Below are positions 40,675 through 52,830 of a stretch of DNA of 64,000 bases, piece after piece. The DNA lies in assembly GCF_009914755.1 (NCBI RefSeq), contig NC_060928.1; one strand, 5' to 3'. This DNA is from the human T2T-CHM13v2.0 reference genome, Homo sapiens. The position numbers and the translations under genes were made by a program. Below the pieces are notes generated by a model that made no database searches, was not told the origin of the DNA, and saw only the letters and a program-made list of their open reading frames with translations. Each line of letters begins with the position of its first letter. The stretch's first letter is position 1.

Positions 40675-43396
40675 CTAGCATGATTTAATGACTTCTCATA
40701 ACTTTAAATAGAAGGGGGGAAAACACAAAGTGAATAAAACCAGTTTTATCATTCATTTGGGTAAGATATTAAATGGTTGGTTGTTTACCAATGTATCCTG
40801 TGAATCAAACATGTTGTATAACTGCTGTGAGAAAATTGATGCTATTAAGTCTCACGATTGTTTTTTCTGTTCAAGTTATGTGCCCCAAGGGTGAGATTTT
40901 GGGAGACTTTTAGTAGCAGTCAGTCACAAACAGGAAATGTATTTATTTCTCTTACTCATATAACAAAAGGAAGTAGGATTACCTGTAATCCTAAATGTAA
41001 AATGTTTGATGCTTTTTTGCATGTGCTTAGACAAGTATTACTTAATCTAGGAATAGTGTTATATTTGGAGCCCTAGGAGAAACAATACATTTCTTGGGAT
41101 ATTTTAGAGTTATCAAATGTCTTATTAGGAGTTGGGAGGGAGGCCTCTGTGATTTTAATTTTTAATGGTATTTAAAATGATTAATATTTATTATGACTTC
41201 TGTATGATACAAAAGGAAAAACTGATCTTAGAACAAAAAGATATGGATTTAAATTCTGGATTCTTAGTAGTGATTTGAGATTGACTCTAACTCCTTGAAC
41301 TTGTCTTTAAAATGGGCATGATCATACCTTTCCTACTTTTATCCCCAGTAACTATGAAGATTAAAAGGAAATTGATGTAAAGGTAATATAATCATTGTAA
41401 AGCACTTTTTAAATGTAGATAGAGTAGTTCACATTATTGCTATATACTGTATACTACATAGTAATAGGTAGATCTCTCCTGGAAAAAGATATATGTTAGA
41501 TTTAATACACTGCTGAGATAGCAGAGTTACATAAAAATGATAAATGAATTGGTTTTCTGGATTTTTATGATCTTCACTTTTTTCATCTACTCATATGGAG
41601 CTCTTTTCCTTTTAGATTCAGGTTTTATGAATCTGCTATACATTTTGTATGTCCATTCATCTGTCTTTTAAACTAGTAATACTTAAATATTTAAGACAAA
41701 CCAAAATGGTGATCTGAATTATGATCTGAGTTGAAGTTGGCATATGCAAGAGGACAGATCTGTAACCACCAGTCTCTAGTTCTGGCTTCCAGATTTTCAG
41801 ATGCTTACATTTCTTCTCAAGTATTTCAGCTGGTGTGTGAACTGAAATATTTGTTACAGCTTTAATGTTATTTTCAGTGAATGGGAGCGCAAAAAATGGT
41901 AGATGGCAACATACAGTGTAATTGAGGCTTATTGTTTGGAGAATGGTTCTTAAAATCTACAAAGAGTCCTTGTTGAGTTCTTTTTAATCAGTAGCCCAGC
42001 CCATGCATATATTAGCCAGTTTTGAACTTAGAAATAAACTAATTTGAGTCCTAGCTAAAAATAGATACTCCAAATATAGTTGTTTTTCTTTTCATCTATA
42101 AAGCTTTTCATTTCATTGTAAAAAATATCCATGTCATGAAGCTTCCGCGTGAGTGGTAGGTGATTTAAAAATGACTTATCATCATCATCACCTAGATTTT
42201 TTTTAAAAAAGAACCAGTATTTTTACCCTCATGTAATAAGTTAAATATGTATTCTTTTAAAAGTTTGACTAGAATCTATATGATGATCTCCAAGCTATAG
42301 AGAAAATAGATGGAGGCCCTGCTAAAACATTCTAGACTGAATGCAGTTATTAAAAGTGAAAAACTATTGAATGGAGAGACTTTCCAAAGACTCAGTTTCT
42401 ATTTGAATATGATTCAGATGAATACTTTTATATATTTCAAGGACTTTTGTAATCTAATTATGGTTAATTAGCTTGACTTAAAGTAAGGTAGCAGTAGCAC
42501 ACTTTTAGAATACAAAAGATATAAAACCCAAGGCATAGCTTTCTGAAAAGTTTGAACTTGGACTTTTATAATGTTTTAAAGAATTATGTCTAAATCGCAT
42601 TATATAATGGCCGAATAAACTTTTACATAGAAAATATACTTTTAGTATATTAGGCATATGGGTTAATTGTTAGGTTAGTGATAATTTAAACTACTCTGCA
42701 TAGAGTAATAGGAGCCTATTTTATATTTCTATACTTACTTTTAAAAAATGAGATGATTGGCATCCCATATTTCATTTGATTACTTTATTACTCAGGTTGT
42801 GTTCTTTTTCTTCCATATAGCAAATCATAGTAATATTTTTTATTTCACTGTGACAATGCTTTAGAGAAAAGATGTGTGTGTGTGCGTGTGTGTTTTATAT
42901 TAGATTTTTTGTTATGTCATTTAAGAGGAAGCTAAGAACTCATGATGTTATGACTATTCTTAACACTAACAAACCCCTTTTAATCTCCAATATTCGAAGT
43001 ATTTAATAGAAGCCTATTAGGAGAACTGTCTTGTGTCATAGAAATGTGGATTCAAACCCTGTAAATATACAAACTTACTGAAACAAAGACATGACACCTG
43101 GCTATTACCAGATCTCATTGGTATTGTTTAATTCACAATTTTTTTTCTTTCACCGGTCCAGCCACTTTTGGCTCTGGAATAGCATATACTCCAACTGCAG
43201 TTCATTACAGCCATCAGTCAAGAGCACTTTGGCTTACTATTTTGGTGGCAAATAATAATAATAATAATAATAATGACTTTACACCTTTTTTAGAGCCGAA
43301 TTATAAGTGATGTGGCTTTAGATTCTCAGATTTCATTTTTCAGGCTACCAAATAAATAACAATTTTAAAATTAGACAAATTTTATTTATTTTTCAG

Positions 43397-43549
43397 ACCA
43401 CGTTGATGAGCGAACAATATGCAATGGAATTGCCCCAGAAAAAGATGTAGATGGATTTCATATTATCAATATTGGAAGATTGTGCCTTGATCAGCATTCT
43501 CTCATACCTGCCACTGCCAGTGCTGTTTGGGAAATAATAAAAAGAACAG
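43397..43549 (+). CDS. MTHFD2L: MTHFD2L coding exon 4
   Basis: Acceptor ttatttttcag. Encodes [51 protein letters not shown] (KDVDGFH motif). Donor G|GTTGGT; 153 nt. Confidence 0.97.
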
Positions 43550-43717
43550 GTTGGTAATTTGTGGTCTGCAGGACATGGATGCTAGGTGCTGAGCTGAGCC
43601 TTTGTGCACTGAGACTTGATGGGACTACCTCAGTCCTATAGAGTGACAGAAAATCATAATCCATAAAACGTCAGTGTACAGAGAGATATAAAATTGTAGA
43701 AGTCAAAACATAATACA

Positions 43718-44012
<295 letters not shown>

Positions 44013-44865
44013 TTATAGGAAGTGAATTTTCCACATAGTAGTGGTATATGTCGGCCTTTAAAATGTAAACTTCATGCATTTTGATGAAAACTTTTCTAAA
44101 ATATATTTTTCTGTACCTTTAAAAATATGTTCTGATCACATAGTTATCATTTCTATTGGCTTGGGTTTTAATTTTAAACATTTACCCTTGTACTGTACTG
44201 GATACGGTAATGCTCTCACAGACTCTTACAAAAGAAGTTTTCTTTCTGAGAAAGAAAAACTTCCAAGGGAAAACAGATCCTAGAATCATACTCCTACACT
44301 GTTAGTATTGGAAAATCCTTAGTTCTAACTTCTTTGCTTTACTTATGAAGAAACTGAGTCCAAAAGAAGTAGAAGGTTCTACAGGCTTTATTTTTTTACA
44401 TCTTTCTAAGTCTGTAAGTTTAGTGCTTCTTTCCTATGGAGTAAAATGCATGAGCTTTGTGAAAAATGCCTCTTTTCTTACTTGTTTTGTTCCAGCGTTG
44501 CTCAAAATTTGATTGCCAATTAAGTTCGACATTGTTGTACTTTGCTTTTTTTATAAGCAGTTAATATATGTTAAAACTCTACTCTTCTAACTCTTAATGT
44601 GACTCTCAATGTTTAAAAGCAACTTAATGTCAACTTAAGAATGTCTGTGGTTTTTAATGAGTACATAATCAGAGAAGAAGTGACAAATCAAAGAAGCATA
44701 AAATGAATTATTTATAAATAATGAATGTGCTCATATTATAGATAAGCCACATAATAATTCAGATTTAATTAGAAATTTTTAAAAGAATGTTTCAGTTGGC
44801 TGTACAAATGTTTAATTTACTTCTTGTTGTCAATTCTGCATTTAAACCGAACTCTGTATTTTAAG

Positions 44866-44973
44866 GAATTCAAACATTTGGAAAAAATGTGGTTGTGGCT
44901 GGAAGATCCAAGAACGTAGGGATGCCTATTGCCATGCTTTTACACACTGATGGAGAGCATGAACGGCCAGGAG
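44866..44973 (+). CDS. MTHFD2L: MTHFD2L coding exon 5
   Basis: Acceptor gtattttaag. Encodes GIQTFGKNVVVAGRSKNVGMPIAMLLHTDGEHERPG (nucleotide-binding GRSxxVG motif). Donor G|GTAGGT; 108 nt. Confidence 0.97.
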
Positions 44974-45590
44974 GTAGGTAGAACCTTGCAGATTCTACAC
45001 TCTCTCGCAGTATTCTTACTTCTTACATCATCAAGTAAACACTTTTGATAATGCAGCTTATTATATTTGTGGGTTTATGCAGTTCAAAGTCTCCTTTATT
45101 CCTCATTTAGTGATGTGAGAGTCTTGAAAGTGACTGTAGGAATTACTGAAAATATGTGGCCATTTTCTCTATTTTTTTTTTTTTGGCTATATGCACTTTG
45201 TTTAAATAATTAACAATTAGACATTAAGAAAGGTGCAAAGCTACTAGATACAAAAGATTCACATGCCCTCAGGAAATACAAAACAAGACATCTCTTGGAT
45301 GTAGAATTCCTATAGTGGCAAGGTCTTAGCACTTTAGAAATCAGCTAGTTAGTTTATTTTACAGACAAGAAAGCTGAGGCTTAGAGTTGTTATCTGATTA
45401 TATAGGTTAAACAAATAGTCATTGTCCTATGAGTAGTAGTGACACTCCAAGTCACTGACAAAGCCCAGGAAGATGTGTTAGCCTTAGAGAACATGCAGCC
45501 ATTCCAGGTGTTGGTCATCTGAACATCATCCCAAGACCTTGGTTTCTTCAGCAGTCTAATAGCTAGATACAGAATAGCTCCCCAGAAATT

Positions 45591-46083
45591 TGCAGGGGTC
45601 TGTCCCACAGACCCTGACCCAACGATGGATGAATAAAGTACACTGACACACAGATATTCTGCTTTACCAGTCCAGCTGAGCATCTGGGCCGCTTACAGAC
45701 TCCACGCACAGTGCTGTAAACAGTTGTGACTATGGTCTCAATCAGTCAGCAAGACTTATGTTTATTCAGTAAAGATTAATTGACAAAGGCTTGGGTCAAC
45801 ACCACTAGAGTGTAATTGACATTGTGGACTTCCCAAGTAGAAAGCAATTAAGCACCCATGGTAGATCAAAGGTTAGTCTTAGGACCACACGAGTAAACAA
45901 GCTAGTTAGGTAAACTCTCCACATTCCTTTATTTCTACTCTAGTTTATTTAACTAAAGATAAGGGGACTAGGCTGCCTTCAGACTGATTTATTACTGAAG
46001 TTATGCAAACCCTCAGACCTTCCAACAAGGTTTGTGGCTATTAAAACTAAAATTTTTCCCACCAGCCTGACTGAACCACCACA
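45591..46083 (-). mobile_element. ERVK-class solo LTR (LTR22/HML-5-like)
   Basis: Minus strand begins tgtggtggttcagtcaggctggtgggaaaaatt; TG...CA ends; flanks gaaatt/gaaatg; 493 bp. Confidence 0.7.
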
Positions 46084-47011
46084 GAAATGGAAATGGAGAT
46101 GGAATGAAAAGGAAATACAGCAAAGGGGTGATGGGGCATTGTTCGTGGTTGTCTGAGCCAGTGCTGTGGGAGGAGGGCACAAGGGTTATTCAGCGTATCA
46201 CTGTCTGCTAAATTCTGCATCTTGTTCTAATCTAGGTAAAACACCAAGTTTTCATGTTCTTAATAGAAGTAGTTATTGGTTTATCTATGTGTTAGAGACG
46301 TGTTGTACTTTGTTTACCATTTATTACTTCTAATCTTTCTCCCCCTAATTTTTGATACAGTACTTCATTGGTTTCTCTAATTCCAAAGAAGAGGATGGGC
46401 TACTTTGCTGCTTGCTTTCTAATATTTAACCAGAATGATAGACACCTATGTGCTCATCATGTACAGCACACGCACACATGCACACATGCATGCACACACA
46501 CAGCATATATATATAGATTTCTTATTATTAACCTTGTTGAATTCGAGTTTCCTGATCTCAAACTTTCAATAATACTTGTTTTAGGATCTTGATTGACATG
46601 ATACTTATGACATAATTTTTAAAACACAAAGCTCTATGGAAAAATAATCCCAGTATTAACTTATCTAAAATGATGAATGATGACACTTTTGAATAATATT
46701 TTCCCTTTCTATGCCTAAAGAATTAAATATTGCCAGAAATCAATACATATATATATGTGAATCACAGTAAATTAAGACTTGATAATGACTCCAGATAACT
46801 TTAAAAAGCCTTAGTTTTGAAGAGCTCTTAGCCCAAATCCAGTGGTATGACAGTTTTCATGGTACCCATCTCCAAAGTTGCATTCCTAGTTTCACTGTTC
46901 ACTTCTAGCTTAGTCTATTGCTGCTTATCTCTTTCTCTCTCTCTCTGTAAATAAAGATAGTGATTCTTATTTGCCTTTATGTAATAATTTCTGTGTCTTA
47001 CCTAAGCAAGG

Positions 47012-47421
47012 TGTATTAGTCTGTTCTTGCATTGCTGTAAAGAAATACCTAAGACTGGGTAATTTCTAAAGAAAAGAGGCTTAATTTGCTCACGGTTCTG
47101 CGGGCTGTACTAGAAGCATGGAGGCATCTCCTAGGCCTTTACGAAGGCCTCAGGAAATGTATAATTGTGGCAGAAGGCAAAGGTGGAGCCAGCATTTCTC
47201 ATGGCTGGAGCAGGAAGAAGAGATGGGGGAGGTGCCATACACTTTTAAACAACCAGATATCATGAGAACTCACTGTTGCAACAATAGCACCAAGGGAGAT
47301 GGTGTTAAATCATGAGAAAGTGCTCCCATGATCCAGTTACCTCCCACCAGGCCCCACCTCCAACACTGGGGATTACAATTGAAAGTGAGATTTAGGTGAG
47401 ATTCCTGTTCCAGCCATATCA
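47012..47421. mobile_element. MaLR LTR (MSTA/B-like)
   Basis: tgtattagtctgttcttgcattgct...ccatatca; flanks caagg/caaga. Confidence 0.85.
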
Positions 47422-47559
47422 CAAGATAAAACAATCAGTAATGTTTACCTAAGTATACTATTTCTTCTTGGAAAATTTTGACCAAGAGCCAATTTGCAGT
47501 TTTTTTTTTTTCATTTGCAATGTTGTTTTTATCTGTAACATAACAAGCAACAGTGTATT

Positions 47560-47945
47560 GCTCCGTGATTTGCTCAGTACTTTCTCTTAAACCATCCTCA
47601 TTAATTCTCAGTAATCCTAGCATATATTAATGTTATTCCCATTTTACAGCTAAAGGAAATGAGCTTTAGAGACTTCAGAGGACTCATCTAAGGCCATGCA
47701 AGGAAACAGGCATTCTGGGGAGCTGGGTTCTGACTTTGTGGTTAAGAGGATAGACATGGAGTCAGGCCCCCTCCATTACCAAGCCCTGTGATCTCGGGCA
47801 AGTCATTTAATCTGTGTAGGCCTCCGCTTTCCTCATCTCTAAAATGACAATAATATTAATATCTCCTCAACTTGGTTATTGTGAAAAGTAAATGAAATAT
47901 TAATGTAAATCACTAATTACTGTGCCTAACATATAGTAAGTTAAG
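47560..47945. mobile_element. Two MIRs in opposite orientation
   Basis: cccattttacag core, then gggcaagtcatttaa...ttcctcatctctaaaatg core. Confidence 0.7.
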
Positions 47946-49640
47946 TAAGCTATTGGTGCATGTAGCTGTGGCATTATTACACTTAAGTCAATAATAATCT
48001 GTAGCCATTCTAACTATCATGTGTGAAGTAACATGATCTGAGATTAATGATGTGATTTTTACCTTTATTTGGATTTTATTTTCTTCTGGTGGATTTTGTT
48101 TTTGCATTTTTTGGATCATATCTGATCTTTTCTGTAAAAATTTGAATAAACTCAGAATTTATAAAAGTTTATAAAGTATTTGATTAGAAATAGGACATCA
48201 TAATTCTCCAAATAGTACTTTACAATATATTTTTAATAGGTATCAATATATTGCATGCTAATTTCTTGATAAATTTCAATCTTGAATTATATATTTGTCT
48301 ATAAAATACCTATCAAAATTTATTTACCTCTTTTATATGCAATTTTAAACTAGGTTATCCTGTGAATTAAACATTTTAATTTATTTTTTATCATGTATGA
48401 TTTATTTATAGATGCATACATATGCAGTAAAAGCAGTAAAGGAAGCATGAGAAAGATAAACACAAATTGATGGTGGCAGTGACCTCTGGGGAAAGAATTA
48501 TAGGATAAAAACAAAAACATATATACTTTAAAAAGTATACTTCGTGTTATGAAATATTCTCATTTGAATGCATGTTAAAATGGAATAAAAGTAGAATAAG
48601 TTATAATACTGGTTACTTAGAAACCAGATAATTAAACTTACCTTTATTATAGTGGTACCTGGGTGCCGTTAGAATTACAGTAACTAAAAGGTAACAAATT
48701 ATACTAAAAATGATATTGGAAGATTTGCAACATGGGTGGTTTTTAGTCTCATGCATATTTAAGAGGAGTATGATGACATGTATTATTAATATAATGAATC
48801 ATTGAGAGCTGCTTACTGAAGGTTTGGAGTCTGTGGGAAAGTTAATATTTCAAACATGTGTGTCTGTTAGGGCAATAATTATGGGCAGTGACTCCATGTG
48901 CATTGTTAGCTAATGAAGATAATGAAGGAGGACTAACTCGGCAAATGCATATCTATAGAACTTGTTCTAATGACACTCAATGTTGAGCATTCAGCTCATG
49001 CCGTGTATTTATTTCTTTTCCAGAAGACATGCAGAACCCTAGTGATTCGTTTTTGTCTTAAAGCCAAAGATAATTGTACTAGAAGAAAAATGACCATACT
49101 GTAATTTAGCTTGATTAATATGTGTCTACCTATGGCTAGCTTTTAGTTTTGTTATTAAGGACATGGATCCTAGCTGTTTCTTGAGTATTTTTTTTAATTC
49201 CCCAAGGGCTTGAAATATTTAGAGGAATGAGAATGTGCTAAAATCTTAAAGTAAAGGGATAGTGCTGACACTCAATACAACAAGGAAGCAAGGAAGGAGT
49301 TACCTTCTGGTGAGAACAGACCATCACAGAAGGCTTTGCAGAGGATATAGCACTTTAGCTGCTATGTAGTTTATAAAGAGTAGGTGAGAGATGGTTCCTG
49401 TCCTCCCAGAGCTATAGTCTTGGTGGTGGTGATGGGGGAACAAGGGGATATGATATACAAGTATGGGTAATTTAAATTTTAAATAGTCAGTGGCACAAAA
49501 TAAAATTTGGTATCCCTAAATAAACATTCTATATGCTTCTCAAAACTCATGGCTAATTGAGGTGACATGAAGAGAATGAGCTCCACTAATTATTAGAATG
49601 TTTGAGTACCATTGTGACCACCTGTAGATCATTGTATATT

Positions 49641-50248
49641 TGTAACCAAACACGAGTCCAGATGCTCTCTGCTTGTGTAGTTCAACAAGAGCAAGGCCTG
49701 GTAGAAAGACAGTAACTTTATTAACCAAAACTAGTAAAAAAAAAAAAAAGGGAAGCAGCCAGATTTCTATCCAAAGTAACTCCTTTGATTTGGGGCAGGG
49801 TGGTGGTGGAAGGCAGAGGTTTAAAAAGGGAAAACTTGATAAAGAAGGCATGTAAGAATTGGGTGGAGTAAATGTCTGTGTGTCTTGTTCTGGTGGCTAA
49901 CTTGGGTCGCAGTCCAGCTGGAGTGTGGGCTGATGTCATCTCAACAACGGCTGGGTTGTTAACCAGGGGCCTTGAAGTAATCTCTGGAATTTTGTGGCTG
50001 GGTCTCCAGACTTAGTCTGTCTGTCTCAAGATTAGCTCCTGGAACTTCTAAGAAGGCACATAATTAGATACTAGCATACGGTTAGATAGATATGAGGGGA
50101 GTATATACTGTGAGAAAGGGAGAGATGTGGAGTCTTTTTTAAGGCTAAGGAAAGTCTTCTGTAATTTGCCTCAAGGTTGTATCTTGAAACCCAAGAGAAA
50201 GAAAAAAAAAGTTGAAAATGCATTTTGAAGTTAAGCTGCCCAGTTACA
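49641..50248 (-). mobile_element. ERV1-class solo LTR
   Basis: TGTAAC...GTTACA inverted termini, about 608 bp, tttatt (minus-strand poly(A) signal) near the left end. Confidence 0.65.
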
Positions 50249-50492
50249 TTTTTTTTTTTACTTATTTGTATGTAGTCATCTACCAGTTTCACTTTCTTTC
50301 AGAATGAAAACTGAATACCATTGGTTTTAGCATAGTGTCTTTATTTTTAGATTTACAATGAGGAAGTAAAGTTTCCAATTTCTCTAAAACATTTATTTTT
50401 CCTTCAAGATTACAAATTGTCATAATGACTAAGGCATTATGGTTACTAACTGTCATAAGAGGATATAGAATCAGATTTTATTTCATATTCTT

Positions 50493-50800
50493 TTATTTTA
50501 ATTTTGAATTTTTACTTTTGAGACAGGGCCTCACGCTGTCACCCAGACTAGAGTTCAGTGGCATGATCACGGCTCACTGCAGCCTCAACTTCCTGGACAC
50601 AGGTGATCCTCCTGTTGGGAGCACGGTTGTTGGGACCACAGGCACACACCACCACACCCAGATAATTTTTTGTATTTTTCGTAGAGATGGGGGTCTCCTT
50701 ATGTTGCCCAGGCTGGTCTCGAACTCCTGAGCTCAAGCAATCTGCCTGCCTCCACCTCTCAAAATGTTGAGATTACAGACGTGAGCCACTGCACCCAGTC
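50493..50800 (-). mobile_element. AluJ
   Basis: gagacagggcctcac, cactgcagcctcaact, ctcaagcaatc diagnostics; tcatattctt duplicated on both flanks. Confidence 0.9.
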
Positions 50801-51882
50801 TCATATTCTTAGAGTAAGTTTCTCTTGGCATACTTTTATTTCTAAGTAGGACATATCTTCTAATTAGGTGAGATTTCCCTAATCAGCCACAACATGGAGT
50901 TGTATGCCGCTCCTTTGACTAAAAGGTTCTGGCATCATTGGAGTAATATTGATGCTGGCTGATTTTTAAAGAGTATTTTGACAGGGCCAGCAACCAGCTG
51001 GTTTTGCTTAGAGTCCAGTGGGTCTGGTGTTTTTCTTGATTTCATTCAGCCAATACTCATCTAGTACTTATTATCTGGGAAACACTGTGGGATACTACTG
51101 CATCCCACAGAAAAAGACTTAGTCCTGTCTCTCCAAAAGTTGACAGTCTGAATCATCAGGATTCATCTTTGCAGTGGGTGTTTTCCGAAGGCACTGCCTC
51201 TGCATTGGCATTCAGTTTTCACACTCAAGCTGTGCTGCTGCAGCAACTTACTGTATCTCAGGTAGTTTTTCTTCAAGAGGCACCCTATCTAAATGGAAAA
51301 TGACAATGATTTTTGCCAGTTGAATGCCTTCCCTTTGTGAGAATTAACCCCAGTTGTGAAAAAGAACTTTTTTTTTTTTTTTTGCCAGCCTGGAAGTTTT
51401 ATCTCCCACCTACAGGACATAATAACACAGTAGTGGATGCTTGAGGCAGTGCAACGTGATGTGAGTGGTATGTGTGATTAAGCTCAGCCTGGTGGCAGGT
51501 TGAGCCAAGCTCTTTTAGGTTTCAAAGAGAGGAGCCAAATAGGAACGCCTAGGAATGCAGGAGTCATGCAAAGTGATCACACCACTGAGACTGACACTCT
51601 TAGTCTTATTGGCAGTGGAGTGGCTTGGGATGTTTGCTGCCTCTGGGGAAGGAACCATTGTCTAACTGGGACAGGGGATGGCAGGTATTTAGTCTCTGCC
51701 ACTCTCATCCCACTACCCCCAGCTTAGAAGGAAAAGATGTTGGGGATATTATGTTTTGTGATGTCTCTACATTGATTAGACTTTACTGAATTACATATTT
51801 GAATTTGGGTAGTGGAAGACTGTAGAAAAGAGCAAATGATAGTTCTATTCTCATTTTCTAAATTGAATAATAGGAGCACTGT

Positions 51883-51972
51883 TTCATTTTCAGTGTCTTC
51901 TAAATTCAGTGTCTTCTAAATTTCAGTGTCTTCTAAATTCTAAATTTCATTTTCAGTGTCTTCTAAATTCAG
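51883..51972. repeat. Irregular tandem array of TTCAGTGTCTTCTAAA (4 copies)
   Basis: Copies at 51889, 51905, 51922 and 51952. Confidence 0.9.
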
Positions 51973-52132
51973 CCATTTAGTATCTGCACAGCACTGCACT
52001 TGGAAATTATACATTATTATCAGACAACTGGGACTATCACACTGTTGAAAAGAACAGTAAAGCTTATTTTAAATGGAGAGTGAAGTCCGAATCTTTTTCT
52101 TTCAATTCCTCTCTTTCTCCATGACCTCATAG

Positions 52133-52830
52133 TGTTGTAGGACATTTTTCTAAGTTCAGCTAAAAGCCGAGTTCTTGTCATACAACCAGGAAAAATTAGG
52201 TTTGTGGACACATAAAAGGGTGAGAAAAATGGAATTTATTGGGTGAAAAGGAAAAACTCAGTAAAGTGAGAAGGATTCCGGTTAACAGGCCCAAATCTCA
52301 CCAACTGAATCCCAGATTACCACCCAGGAACAGGAAAGGCCAGGCTCCTACCATGGCAAATGGCATGAATTTCCATGGCTCCAACCCATTCTCTCAGAGC
52401 GCCACCCAGTCAGAAGTTCTCTGAGGAGCCCTTTTTGCTTGGCTGTCTCATTTCGCCCTCTAAAGAAGTACATCTAACTGCCATTAGAATAAGGATTGTG
52501 ATAAGGACAAAGACCAATCTTAACTGCTTGCTGCTGACAGAGGGTGCTGTTTTGGGGAAATGTCAGTCCAGTCTCCCTCAGAAGCCTATCTAAGGGTCCC
52601 CGGCAGAAGGGGTCATTGTCTGAGGCTCCAGTTGCTTGACCATTTGGAGTATGATGGCCTGCAGGTGAGAAGAGACAAACTGGATTATTAGAAAACATGT
52701 ATCAAAACAAAACAAGTTGGGGCAAGGACAGCTCAAAAATCCTAGACCTTTTATCAGTTTGCACAGGGAGAGTGAGGCCAAAAGCCTGACTGGTTAAAAA
52801 ACAAAAAAACAAAACAAAACAAGAAAAACG
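52133..52830 (-). mobile_element. ERV1 3' LTR (MER61-like), polypurine tract and env-tail remnant
   Basis: LTR tgttgtagga...ctgtctca (52133-52450), adjacent tttcgccctct (polypurine tract on minus), minus-strand peptides IIQFVSSHLQAIILQMVKQLEPQ and FCRGPLDR typical of a gammaretrovirus-like Env cytoplasmic tail. Confidence 0.75.

Noticed and set aside
51883-51972. CRISPR-like array
   Set aside because: No unique spacers, no cas genes, eukaryotic intron.
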